Source of the DNA: an uncultured archaeon
GTDB lineage: Archaea > Asgardarchaeota > Lokiarchaeia > Sigyniarchaeales > SOKP01
Direction of reading: 5' to 3'
NCBI GenBank assembly: GCA_964486045.1
Contig: CAZALK010000002.1
Coordinates: 160,001 to 224,000, forward strand
Length of the DNA: 64,000 bases
Position 1 is the stretch's first letter, and each line of letters opens with the position of its first letter. The notes beneath the pieces are model-generated. The model had not been told where the DNA came from, ran no database searches, and saw nothing but the letters and a program-made list of their open reading frames with translations. Of this stretch, positions 1-9,610 are shown piece after piece. Position numbers and translations under genes: made by a program.

Positions 1-226
1 ACCCTAACTAAATACATTTGTTATAGGTTAGAATTTTAAGTAAAAAAACCTTAATTCTTCTTAATTAAAATTTGAAAATCATTAATTATATACGCAATTT
101 TATAGTGATTCAATCCTTTTGCCCGATTTAATTTCCGAGAAAATAAATAAGGGTTATCAAAAATTTATAGATCAAAACTTAAATGAAATTAAGTTAGAAT
201 TTATATTTCTTCAAAAATAGAAAAGA

Positions 227-1015
227 ATGTCAAAAGTAGGGTATGTTCAAACATCTCCAATATTTGGGGATAAAAAGAAAAATTTTGAACAGATTGAGAA
301 TTTGCTGGTAGGTGTAAAAGCGGATTTAATAGTTTTACCAGAGCTATTTGCTACTGGGTATGCTTTCATATCGAAAGATGAAGCAGTGTCTTTAGCTGAA
401 ACCCTAAATGGAAAAACATCTCAATTTCTTATAAGAATTTCCAAAATGACAGGGGCAGTTATAATTGGAGGATTTGTCGAACAGGCAGAAAATAGAATTT
501 ACAATTCTGCTATTATTGTCTCAAATAATCAAGTTATCGATTCATATCGTAAACTACATCTTTATTACAGGGAAAATTTGTGGTTTTCTCCAGGAGATAA
601 ACCTTTAAAAGTATATGATATTAATAATATGAAAATAGGGATTATGATCTGTTTTGATTGGATTTTTCCTGAAGTAACGCGAAGTCTTGCTCTTCTTGGT
701 GCAGATATTGTTGCTCATCCTGCCAATTTAGTACTTCCTTATTGCCAAAATGCTATGATCACGCGTTGCTTAGAAAATCGAGTTTATAGCGTAACCGCTA
801 ATAGAATTGGGCAAGAGAAAAGAGGTAAAGATAATTTTGTATTTACTGGTGCCAGTCAAATTACCTCCCCTGATGGAAAAGTCTTATTATCGGCACCATC
901 TAATAAGATACTTACGGGTTTTTCAGAAGTAGACATCGAACATTCGAGAAATAAAAAACTTAACGAATTTAACAATATTTTAGATGATAGAAGGGAGAAC
1001 TTCTATTTTAAATAG
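227..1015 (+). CDS. Carbon-nitrogen hydrolase (nitrilase superfamily amidohydrolase)
   Basis: Glu-Lys-Cys triad motifs LPELF, YRKLHL and ICFDW; ANRIG...FTGASQI. Confidence 0.9.
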   Translation: MSKVGYVQTSPIFGDKKKNFEQIENLLVGVKADLIVLPELFATGYAFISKDEAVSLAETLNGKTSQFLIRISKMTGAVIIGGFVEQAENRIYNSAIIVSNNQVIDSYRKLHLYYRENLWFSPGDKPLKVYDINNMKIGIMICFDWIFPEVTRSLALLGADIVAHPANLVLPYCQNAMITRCLENRVYSVTANRIGQEKRGKDNFVFTGASQITSPDGKVLLSAPSNKILTGFSEVDIEHSRNKKLNEFNNILDDRRENFYFK

Positions 1016-1049
1016 ATATTTATTTTGATCTTAATGACAATTATTTACA

Positions 1050-1436
1050 TTACTCGATTAAAGCAGAACTCTTTAGTCTATTGTGTAAATGTTTGATTAT
1101 AGCTTTGAATGCGTTTTCAACATTTTCGCCCGTTTTAGCAGAGGTCCGGTAATAACCCTCTAAATAGTTTTTTTTAACAAATTTTAAAATCTTTTCCTCA
1201 TCTAATTTGCTCTCATCAACCAAATCAACTTTATTACCAAATAGGGCAACTGGTATATCCCCACAAAATTTCCTTATTTCTTTTAATCATTGAGCTGCAT
1301 GTTTAAAACTTTTTTTACCAAAATTATTATCCTCGATAGAAAATACCACGATCGTTGCTACACTTGACCTATAAAAAGAGGGTCGTAAGAAATGAAATTC
1401 ATCTTGGCCCGCTATATCCCAGAAAAATAATGTATT
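1050..1436 (-). pseudogene. 5'-truncated Rab-like small GTPase remnant with an internal TGA
   Basis: Manual translation gives TLFFWDIAGQDEFHFLRPSFY (G3), LFGNKVDL (G4), RTSAKTGENVENAF (G5). No P-loop or start codon. In-frame TGA at 1289-1287 sits where Rab proteins have a Trp (SFKHAAQ*LKEI). Confidence 0.85.
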
Positions 1437-1448
1437 TCATTTCAGTTT

Positions 1449-1637
1449 TCTAAAATACCTGGAGTCTATTACAAACGATCTCAATATCCTAAACAAATGA
1501 AACTTTTTAAAGATGCAATTCAGATTTTAGAAAACCTTGAAATGGGAGATGAGCCTATAATACAGACGTTAAAAGAAAACATTGAATTTATAAGAGATGA
1601 ATTGGACAAAAACCAAACTAAATCAAATCAAAAATAA
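1449..1637 (+). pseudogene. C-terminal fragment of a TPR-repeat protein
   Basis: Frame reads SKIPGVYYKRSQYPKQMKLFKDAIQILENLEMGDEPIIQTLKENIEFIRDEL..., resembling a final TPR plus capping helix; no upstream start for the repeat. Confidence 0.5.
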
Positions 1638-1751
1638 ATACTTTTATTATCTTTCATGACTAATTAATTCAAAAGTGCTAAGTACAAGAAAAAAATTTAA
1701 AAAGCAAAAATCAATTAGTTCTATTTTAAATTACAAACAGTTTGCTAAAAA

Positions 1752-2759
1752 ATGAAAGCGGTTGTATTTGATGGGAAAAGTTTAATTATTAAAACTGTAG
1801 CTGATCCAAGAATAGGCGACATAAAGGTATTAGTTAGAGTCAAAAGTGTTGGGCTTTGTGGAACAGACATAGCAATAATCAAAGGTAATTTACTAACACC
1901 TATACCCCTAATTTTAGGACATGAGTTTGCTGGTGATGTAATTAAAGTGGGGGACAATGTCGATCCAAAATGGCTTAACAAGAGGGTAACCTCTGAAATA
2001 AATAGTAATATTGATTTTAGTTGTTATTATTGCAAAAAGGGAAAACCTACTCAATGCATATCTCGTAAAGCATTGGGAATTGATGTTGATGGGGCTTTAG
2101 CTGAATATATAGCGTTGGATCCATATTTACTTCATGAAATCCCTAACTCAATCTCATATGATGATGCCACCTTCATCGAGCCATTAGCAGCAGCATATCA
2201 AATATTCGAAACAATGCCATTAGAAACAACTGATAAAACAATAGCTATATTCGGGCTTGGAAAGTTAGGATTACTAATAACACAAGTAGCTTTACTAAAA
2301 GGTTTAACATTAATAGTTGTGGATGGTTCTTATAGAAAACTTAAATTGGCAAAAAAACTTGGTGCACATAGATTGATAAACAGATTTGATGGTACGAACA
2401 TTACTGATATGGTAAAGGCTCTAACACGTGGACTAGGCGCCGATATAGTTATAGATGCGACAGGTAATCCCTTAGCGATAAAAGATGTTTTAGCATCGTG
2501 CAGACCTCTAGGAAAAGTACATTTAAAAAGCACATACGGTCTTGATGCGCATGTTAATTTAACAGACGCAGTATTACGCGAATTAACTCTATATACTAGT
2601 AGATGTGGACCGTTTGATAAGGCTATCGAAGGATTGGAGTCGGGAAAGATTAATGTTGAGAAATTAATCTCAAATAAAATCCCACTAAAAGACATCGGAA
2701 AAGCTGTAGACTTTAATAATATAAACCAAGACCATATTAAAACAATTATTCACATATAA
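1752..2759 (+). CDS. Zinc-dependent alcohol dehydrogenase (MDR family)
   Basis: GLCGTD, ILGHEFAG, CYYC...C zinc site, IEPLAAA, GLGKLG nucleotide-binding motif. Confidence 0.92.
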   Translation: MKAVVFDGKSLIIKTVADPRIGDIKVLVRVKSVGLCGTDIAIIKGNLLTPIPLILGHEFAGDVIKVGDNVDPKWLNKRVTSEINSNIDFSCYYCKKGKPTQCISRKALGIDVDGALAEYIALDPYLLHEIPNSISYDDATFIEPLAAAYQIFETMPLETTDKTIAIFGLGKLGLLITQVALLKGLTLIVVDGSYRKLKLAKKLGAHRLINRFDGTNITDMVKALTRGLGADIVIDATGNPLAIKDVLASCRPLGKVHLKSTYGLDAHVNLTDAVLRELTLYTSRCGPFDKAIEGLESGKINVEKLISNKIPLKDIGKAVDFNNINQDHIKTIIHI

Positions 2760-2905
2760 ACCAAATAAATACCTTTGTTTTGTAACTTCTTTTTATATCC
2801 ATAATGATTAAAGATTCTAAACATTGAATTTTTTAGAGAAAATACTTTAATTATTATATAAATAGTTTTAAAATATTTAATTTGAGCTTTTGAGGAAAAC
2901 TGATT

Positions 2906-4744
2906 ATGACTGATGATGATATTCAGGTGCCAAAATTAGATACAGGGAAAAATATAGCACATCAAGATATAAAATTTCCGTATTCTTGGTTCTTGTTGGT
3001 CTTCTTTACAATTTATCTTACCTCCCTTTTAGTTCCAACATTTTTATTCATGACATATATCTTTCTTTTTTTCTTGCCTAATTTTTTAGAAGTATCAAAT
3101 TTTTTAACACTTTTCACTGAGATTAAACCAATTCTCGCAATAATTTCTATGCCTTTAGTAATCATAGGGTGTTATTTAATCCGTTTATTTTTTGTTGGGC
3201 TGACAACACGGTTTTTTTGGAGATTGAGTGAAAGGAAGTCTCCCAGTAAAGATGGGATAATTCCAAGGAATTTTCCGAGTAGAACTCTTAATTATTATCA
3301 TATTCGAGGTTTTATGATAAAATATGGAAAGAACACATTTAATAAAGGAGCCTTCCCTTGGCTAAGCAATTGGTTTTACAATTTTGTAGGTTCAAGTGTG
3401 ATTGGAAAAGGATCAACCTTGGAGGAGAGTATATGCAATGAAAAATTTGCTATCGTTGGAAAAAATTGTTATTTTGGTGCAAGTTCGGCTTTAGCGACTC
3501 ATCTGGTTGATGGGACTTTTGGAAACATAAATTATTTTCATATCAAAGTTGGAGATAATGTAACTTTTGCTGGTACAAATTTAATTGCAGCAGGATCAGA
3601 GGTACATGATAATTCGTATTTGCTTCCTTTAGCTTCCGCAGGAAAACATAGCATATTAAAAGGGAATAATTATTATTGGGGAATCCCTTTAAGAAAAATA
3701 TTTCGGAAGAAAACTATGGGGTATTTGAAAATAACACCAAAGGAATTAGAAATAAATGAGAACATTGCTGGATATCTCGAGAAAGATGCAATGGAAAAAC
3801 TAAAAATTGAGAATATTTTAGGACCATTTAACGAATCAATTGAAAAGGAGCAAGAAAATATTGAAGAAAATGAAGAAAATGAGGAAAATATTGATATAAA
3901 TAGATTAAAAGAAGAAGATTTAGCAATAGACTTCACAACAAGTAGTGCAATTTCTAAGCTGAATATAAAGTTTCTAGTAGTGTACATCCCAATTTTTTGG
4001 TTATCTGGTATGTTGGATACAATTATATTTTACTCATTCATTTCTTTTGTAGGAAATGTATTTTTGAAGATATTCTTTCTCCCCACAATTATAATTATTA
4101 TGTGGTTTATATTTATATTAGGCTGCTTCTTTTTTAGCAAATTATTTCTAATTTTAATAAACTTAATTCATAGACCAAGAGAAGGGGTTTTTAAAGCTGA
4201 AATTGGGAATCCTGATTTTGAATTTTGGATGTTAAGAACTGAATTGAAAAAAGTTGTGCTATGGCTTATACGGAACTGGCCCATTCCCTGGATGGATATA
4301 TTAGCATTTAAGTGGTATGGTATAAAAATGACCTTAACAAGTTCATTATATGATTCTTGGTGTGATGGAGAATTTATAACATTTGGACGAAGAGTCTTAG
4401 TAGGGCAAGGTTCACATATCATGTCAAGCATGGTAGTCGGCCGCTACTTGATTATAAAGAAAGTAATTTGTGGTGATTATTCTCTTATTGGAGGACATTC
4501 GACAATAGCACCAGGTACAATAATTGGAGAGGATACTTTTGTCAGTGCTATTTCTACATCTATGTATTCTCAAATTTTAGAACCCGGATGGATATACTTT
4601 GGTATTCCATGCATTAAAATGAAGCCAAACAAATACTCTGAATCCGAAAGAGAGATCCTTATAAAAAGAGATGTAGATGAAGCAAAGAAATATACAATTC
4701 AGCACGAGGTTAATATTGATGATGATAAGAAAGACCTTGTGTAA
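2906..4744 (+). CDS. Membrane protein with two (TM + LbH hexapeptide acyltransferase-like) modules
   Basis: Two hydrophobic TM blocks, each followed by hexapeptide repeats (IGKGST, VGKNCYFG, VGDNVT; FGRRVLVGQG, CGDYSLIGG, IGEDTFV) ending in YWGIP / YFGIP. Confidence 0.75.
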   Translation: MTDDDIQVPKLDTGKNIAHQDIKFPYSWFLLVFFTIYLTSLLVPTFLFMTYIFLFFLPNFLEVSNFLTLFTEIKPILAIISMPLVIIGCYLIRLFFVGLTTRFFWRLSERKSPSKDGIIPRNFPSRTLNYYHIRGFMIKYGKNTFNKGAFPWLSNWFYNFVGSSVIGKGSTLEESICNEKFAIVGKNCYFGASSALATHLVDGTFGNINYFHIKVGDNVTFAGTNLIAAGSEVHDNSYLLPLASAGKHSILKGNNYYWGIPLRKIFRKKTMGYLKITPKELEINENIAGYLEKDAMEKLKIENILGPFNESIEKEQENIEENEENEENIDINRLKEEDLAIDFTTSSAISKLNIKFLVVYIPIFWLSGMLDTIIFYSFISFVGNVFLKIFFLPTIIIIMWFIFILGCFFFSKLFLILINLIHRPREGVFKAEIGNPDFEFWMLRTELKKVVLWLIRNWPIPWMDILAFKWYGIKMTLTSSLYDSWCDGEFITFGRRVLVGQGSHIMSSMVVGRYLIIKKVICGDYSLIGGHSTIAPGTIIGEDTFVSAISTSMYSQILEPGWIYFGIPCIKMKPNKYSESEREILIKRDVDEAKKYTIQHEVNIDDDKKDLV

Positions 4745-4759
4745 AACAATTTGATAACT

Positions 4760-5155
4760 TTAATTTATAATTAGTCCTAATTCTTGTTTTAAAAATCTCG
4801 ATAAATTTACGCATGTATTTTTTAATTCAGTTCTATTTTGGTAAAATAAATGAAGTCTAGGACAGTCATTATCGAAAATACAATTTTTTAAATGGAAGTC
4901 AAAGATTAATGGATAAAATCTACATCCTTGGGGACGATGTTCATAAATTTTACATTGATCTGAATGAGAATCTAAGAATATACAGTGATCTTTAATATTT
5001 TTTAACTGAGAAAACCCATCCTTATTATTAAACACGAAATCTTTTTTTTGTAGATTTTGATCCGTATTATTTATTATTTTAATAATATCATTCTTAGAAA
5101 GAATCATTTCCGTTCTTAAACAGCATTCTCCACAATTTTGGCATTTATTTTTCAT
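4760..5155 (-). CDS. YkgJ-family cysteine-cluster (Fe-S/Zn-binding) protein
   Basis: CQNCGECC...CIFLD...CKIYEHRPQGCRFYP pattern. Confidence 0.85.
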   Translation of the reverse strand: MKNKCQNCGECCLRTEMILSKNDIIKIINNTDQNLQKKDFVFNNKDGFSQLKNIKDHCIFLDSHSDQCKIYEHRPQGCRFYPLIFDFHLKNCIFDNDCPRLHLFYQNRTELKNTCVNLSRFLKQELGLIIN

Positions 5156-5291
5156 GGTTTTTTATTTTTATGTATTAATCATAAATTTAAAAGGAAAAAA
5201 AATATCTTATAAAATATAATAAGTATCAAATGCTTTTTAATAGAGCAAAATTTAATGAGTTTTAAGGTTTAACAATTTTCACTGCAAAAAA

Positions 5292-7166
5292 ATGGCCACA
5301 ATGAGCAAAGAAGTAGAGCTAAACGATCCTTTGGATAAGATTAGTACTGAAAATCACGTCATTAAGGAAGAAGTTAAACTCCAATTTTATTTATATATTC
5401 TTATCTTTGGCTTTATTTTTTACAGCTCATGGGTTTTCCCGGGTATTGTTTTTTTCTGGTACTTCCTTCAAGTTTTTCTTCCTTTTGTCTTGGAAACTTC
5501 TAATATCTTGTTAATTTTTACAGAAATTCGCTCTTTAATTGCATTCTTTTTGATGCCTTTGGTTCTTATAGGTTGTTACTTACTACATTTATTTTTATTA
5601 GGACTAACATCTCGAATTTGCTGGAAGATTTCTGAAAAAGTCTCACCATCAAAATCAGGGGTAATTCCACGAAATATTCGCAGTAAAGCGGTTAATTATT
5701 ATCATATAAGAAGCTTTTTAATCAAGTATGGGAAAAATTCCTTAACTAAGGGTATTTTTCCCTGGTTAGGTAATTGGTTTTTTAACACCGTAGGCTCTAA
5801 TACAATTGGGAAAGGTACAACGTTAGAAGAATCTGTAGGGATGGATAAATTTATCGATATTGGAGAAAATTGTTATATCGGAGTTAATTCTACTTTAGCC
5901 AGTCATCTGATTCAAGGAATTTTTGGAAATATCAGCTATTTTAAGATTAAAGTAGGTAATAATGTAACAGCTGCCGCAATGAGTCAAATAGGTCCGGGTT
6001 CTGAGATTCACGATAACTCCTTCTTACTACCATTAGCCTCAACAAGTAAACACAGCGTGTTAAAAGGAAATAAGTATTATTGGGGGATACCTTTAAGGAC
6101 AATATTTAGAAAGAAAACTATGGAATATTTATCTTTAACACCAAAAGATTTAGAGATAAATGAAAATGTAGAAGGTTATACTGATAAAAAATTATTGAAG
6201 AAATTAAAAATAAAAGAAATTCCAAAAACATCTATCAGCGATACGGTTAACGTAGAAAAAATAGAGAGTACATTGGATGAGATTAAAATTGACATTAATA
6301 CATTAAGCAAGGAGGATTTAGCAATTGATTTCACTACTAGTTCAGCTATAAGTAGGGTTAATTTAAAGTTTTTAGCAGTCTATATCCCAATTTTCTGGGT
6401 AGCAGGATTAATAATTTCGATAATGTGGTATTGGTATTTACTAGAGAGAAATTGGGTTGCTATACTAATTTTTCTTCCTTTTGTGATATTTGGGTCAATC
6501 TACTTTTTTATTTTAGCTAGTATTCTTTTCAGTAAATTACTTTTAATCTTGGTAAATTTAATACATAAACCCAAGGAGGGTATTTTTAAAGCTGAAATTG
6601 GGGATACTGACTTTGAATTTTGGATGTTAAGAACTGAATTGAAAAAGATCGGGTTGTGGTTCATGCGCAATTCACCACTTCCTTGGACAGATGTAGTAGC
6701 ATTAAAATTATTTGGTGTTGATATGGATGCTTCGAGCCATCTCAATGATGCATGGTGTGATGCTGAGTTTATTAAGTTTGGGAGGAAAAACTTAATCGGG
6801 CAGGGTGCTGTAATTATGTCTTCAATGATCGTTGGTCGATATTTGATTATAAAGAAGGTTGTATGTGACGATTATATCATGATTGGCGGTCATACAACTA
6901 TTGCCCCAGGAACAATTATGGGTAAAGAGTCAGTGATTGGTGCGCTTTCTTCTACAATGGTAAATCAAGTGTTAGAGCCAGATTGGGTATATTTTGGATT
7001 TCCTGCTATTAAATTAAAGGAAAACAAGTACGCAGAAGAGAGAAGAGATGTGATATTGAAGCGTGATGTGGATGAAGCCCAAAAATTTGAAATTGAACAT
7101 AAAATTAATATAGATGAAGATAAAAAAGGTTTAGTTAAAATGGAAAAAGAGGTAAAAAAAGCATGA
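5292..7166 (+). CDS. Membrane protein with two (TM + LbH) modules; paralog of 2906..4744
   Basis: Collinear with the 612-aa protein (NYYHIR, FPWL, EDLAIDFTTSSAIS, DFEFWMLRTELKK, KRDVDEA). Confidence 0.75.
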   Translation: MATMSKEVELNDPLDKISTENHVIKEEVKLQFYLYILIFGFIFYSSWVFPGIVFFWYFLQVFLPFVLETSNILLIFTEIRSLIAFFLMPLVLIGCYLLHLFLLGLTSRICWKISEKVSPSKSGVIPRNIRSKAVNYYHIRSFLIKYGKNSLTKGIFPWLGNWFFNTVGSNTIGKGTTLEESVGMDKFIDIGENCYIGVNSTLASHLIQGIFGNISYFKIKVGNNVTAAAMSQIGPGSEIHDNSFLLPLASTSKHSVLKGNKYYWGIPLRTIFRKKTMEYLSLTPKDLEINENVEGYTDKKLLKKLKIKEIPKTSISDTVNVEKIESTLDEIKIDINTLSKEDLAIDFTTSSAISRVNLKFLAVYIPIFWVAGLIISIMWYWYLLERNWVAILIFLPFVIFGSIYFFILASILFSKLLLILVNLIHKPKEGIFKAEIGDTDFEFWMLRTELKKIGLWFMRNSPLPWTDVVALKLFGVDMDASSHLNDAWCDAEFIKFGRKNLIGQGAVIMSSMIVGRYLIIKKVVCDDYIMIGGHTTIAPGTIMGKESVIGALSSTMVNQVLEPDWVYFGFPAIKLKENKYAEERRDVILKRDVDEAQKFEIEHKINIDEDKKGLVKMEKEVKKA

Positions 7167-8086
7167 GTGTTCCGAATACGATGCGTGTTGGACCGTTTAC
7201 ACCGACTATTTTGGCACGAAAAAGGTATCTAATATTTTATTTTTTCCTGATATGGGTAAGCATAATTCCGCTCCTATTGGAATTTTGGTTTTATTGGCGT
7301 TTATTATGGACACCAATTTCTGCTGTAGGTTTAAGTCCCGTTCATTTTTACACCTATCTACCACTTTTATTATTTTTGATGTATGTAACGATTGTCTTTT
7401 CTGCTATATTTTTTGCAAAGGTTTTGTTAGTTATAACCAACGCTATTCACAAACCAAGAGAAGGCACCTTTTTAAGACATCCCTCTGATAGGGATTATCG
7501 TTATTGGAGTCTTCGGAATACAATTAAACGATGGCCAATATGGTTAGCTCATAGATTTCCATTTCCAGGGATTTTAGATAATATATGCTTTAAGGTATTC
7601 GGAGTTAAAACAAAAATCTCAAATTCCTTATTCGAAGGATGGGTTGACACAGAATTTATAGAGTTTGGAAGTGACGTTGTAGTTGGCCAAGGCTCAATTG
7701 TTCAAGGCGCAGTAATTATTGGGAATCTTCTAATAATCAGAAAGACGGTTATAAAAGATAATGTAAGGATCGGATCTCATGCGATAGTTATGCCAGGAAC
7801 TCATATTGGAAACAATTGTATCCTTGCAGCTAATAGTGTAACTACTGTAGGACAAGTTTTAGAAAAGGGTTGGATCTATGTTGGAATTCCTGCTAAAAAA
7901 TTCAAATTAAACTATTTCTTTGAAGACGGACTTGAAGATAAATTAGGTCATGTTGAAGATATAGAAGCTCTGCGCGAAAAGTATGAAGAAATGTATACTA
8001 AACGATATGATGAGCTAACCTATAAAGAACGAAAGGAATTAAAAAGGGAAAAGAAAGAGAAAGAAAAAAAGAGATGGGTACCTTAG
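7163..8086 (+). CDS. Membrane protein with one (TM + LbH) module; translationally coupled to the upstream gene
   Basis: ATGA overlap at 7163-7166; HKPREG...YW.LR, FGSDVVVGQG, IKDNVRIGSH, IGNNCILAA and YVGIPA match module 2 of the neighbours. Confidence 0.75.
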   Translation: MSVPNTMRVGPFTPTILARKRYLIFYFFLIWVSIIPLLLEFWFYWRLLWTPISAVGLSPVHFYTYLPLLLFLMYVTIVFSAIFFAKVLLVITNAIHKPREGTFLRHPSDRDYRYWSLRNTIKRWPIWLAHRFPFPGILDNICFKVFGVKTKISNSLFEGWVDTEFIEFGSDVVVGQGSIVQGAVIIGNLLIIRKTVIKDNVRIGSHAIVMPGTHIGNNCILAANSVTTVGQVLEKGWIYVGIPAKKFKLNYFFEDGLEDKLGHVEDIEALREKYEEMYTKRYDELTYKERKELKREKKEKEKKRWVP

Positions 8087-8294
8087 TTATTATTATTGAT
8101 CTAAGGTAAATTCAGGTTCTGGTTTCAATTTCAAATGTATGTAATAATTATGATTTGATTATAGCGTTTAAAACCGACTTCAATGATTCGGCATATTGAG
8201 AACACTAGAAACACGGAGGATTTAGGGAAAAAGTCAGAGTTAGAAATATAAAAGAGAAGATAAAAAATACTCTATAATTGTTTAATTTAGATTT

Positions 8295-9368
8295 TCAAGT
8301 TTTACTCTTATATTCTCTCGTATATAACTTTTGATGCTTGATAGGCATCGATTCGAACACTTCCTTTGCTTTCACTGGGGGATACACCTCAAGAGTGCCG
8401 TCTTCCCTTTGAATAACGCATCCAGAATTGACTAAAGTTTTGTATCGGAGGGCTGTTTTCTTTGTATTTCCCGCGCAAATATAATTACAGTTTCCACAGG
8501 TTAACTGTTGTTTATATGTGTCATTAAAAGCAGGTTGATATCCAAGCGAACTGTCTTTATACGGTAGTCTTTTCCTCTGACTTAACGTGGCAGTCAGAAA
8601 TAGGGAATTTAGTTCATCGTCGTTTTCAGTGTACTCATATCGCCCTGGAGACCAAGTAGAAAACTTTCCTGATTTATGTAACCCATTAGCCCCACCACAC
8701 GTAATGCCACAGCGCATCATAGGTCCTCTTTTAGAGTAATCAAATGTTTCACCCCCGATTGTCACGGTTGTTACTTCGTCTTCATTGAACATTCCAAAAG
8801 CACATACTTTCGTGCATATCATACACTTATCACAAAAAGTTTCTGACTCGGATATCCGGTTCGTTGGTTTAAGTTTTGCGTCAGTAATTATACCTCCGAG
8901 TAATATGGAAGTTCCAAATTCTTTCGTTCCAGCATTTCCTGACCAACCAAACGAGGCAACCCCCGATCTAACAGCAAGATACCTTAATGAAAGCTCGGGG
9001 GGTAGTGACACTTGCCATCCAGGAACATCCTCTCTATAATGGTTGTTAGGAATAACCGATATTGCTTTGTGGCCTTGTTCAATTAACCAGTGCTTGACGC
9101 GTTGAGCCGCCCTCCAAATTATTCGATGCATTTCTAAATTTTCTTCTTCATGAATTCCTCGAATACTCGGATCGACTTTTCCTAAATATTTTAGAATCAT
9201 CTCTTTATCAAAAGGAACAAAAAATCCTATTGCCGATTGAGCCTCGGGGAGTAAATAGGTAAGATCTGTTCCAGGCATGTCTGATTTCATTGTTTCGAGC
9301 GTTGCAAACCCGACCTTTTTTGCTCCACCTTCAATTAACATATCTTCTATTTCTTTTTCTAAAGTAAT
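8295..9368 (-). CDS. Epoxyqueuosine-reductase / reductive-dehalogenase-like Fe-S (probably cobalamin) protein
   Basis: KVGFA, SLRYLAVRSGVASFGWSG, CDKCMICTKVC and CGNCNYIC motifs. Start placed at ATT 9368, 6 nt after GGTGA; first ATG is at 9341. Confidence 0.75.
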   Translation of the reverse strand: MTLEKEIEDMLIEGGAKKVGFATLETMKSDMPGTDLTYLLPEAQSAIGFFVPFDKEMILKYLGKVDPSIRGIHEEENLEMHRIIWRAAQRVKHWLIEQGHKAISVIPNNHYREDVPGWQVSLPPELSLRYLAVRSGVASFGWSGNAGTKEFGTSILLGGIITDAKLKPTNRISESETFCDKCMICTKVCAFGMFNEDEVTTVTIGGETFDYSKRGPMMRCGITCGGANGLHKSGKFSTWSPGRYEYTENDDELNSLFLTATLSQRKRLPYKDSSLGYQPAFNDTYKQQLTCGNCNYICAGNTKKTALRYKTLVNSGCVIQREDGTLEVYPPVKAKEVFESMPIKHQKLYTREYKSKT

Positions 9369-9610
9369 AATTAATCACCTTTAGTTGAGTTTTGATTATT
9401 TTAATTTATTAATTAAATAGAATAATACTAGAGATAAATATAAAATTTACACCAGATGATTTCTTCAATTTCTTTTCTTATCTCATTTTCTGACATGACT
9501 TTTATATATACAATTTTAATAAAATCTCGCTTCTAATAATATATGAAAGCAAAAAATTTTTAAAATAGAGTTAAATAAATATTTAATTGAAAATTTCAAG
9601 CTTGAGAATA

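Noticed and set aside
3855-3893. GAAGAAAAT tandem repeat as a contingency locus
   Set aside because: Only about three imperfect in-frame 9-mers encoding an acidic linker
8087-8294. Possible gene remnant or small RNA between the LbH and Fe-S genes
   Set aside because: Frames contain several stops, and no family or stable structure was recognised
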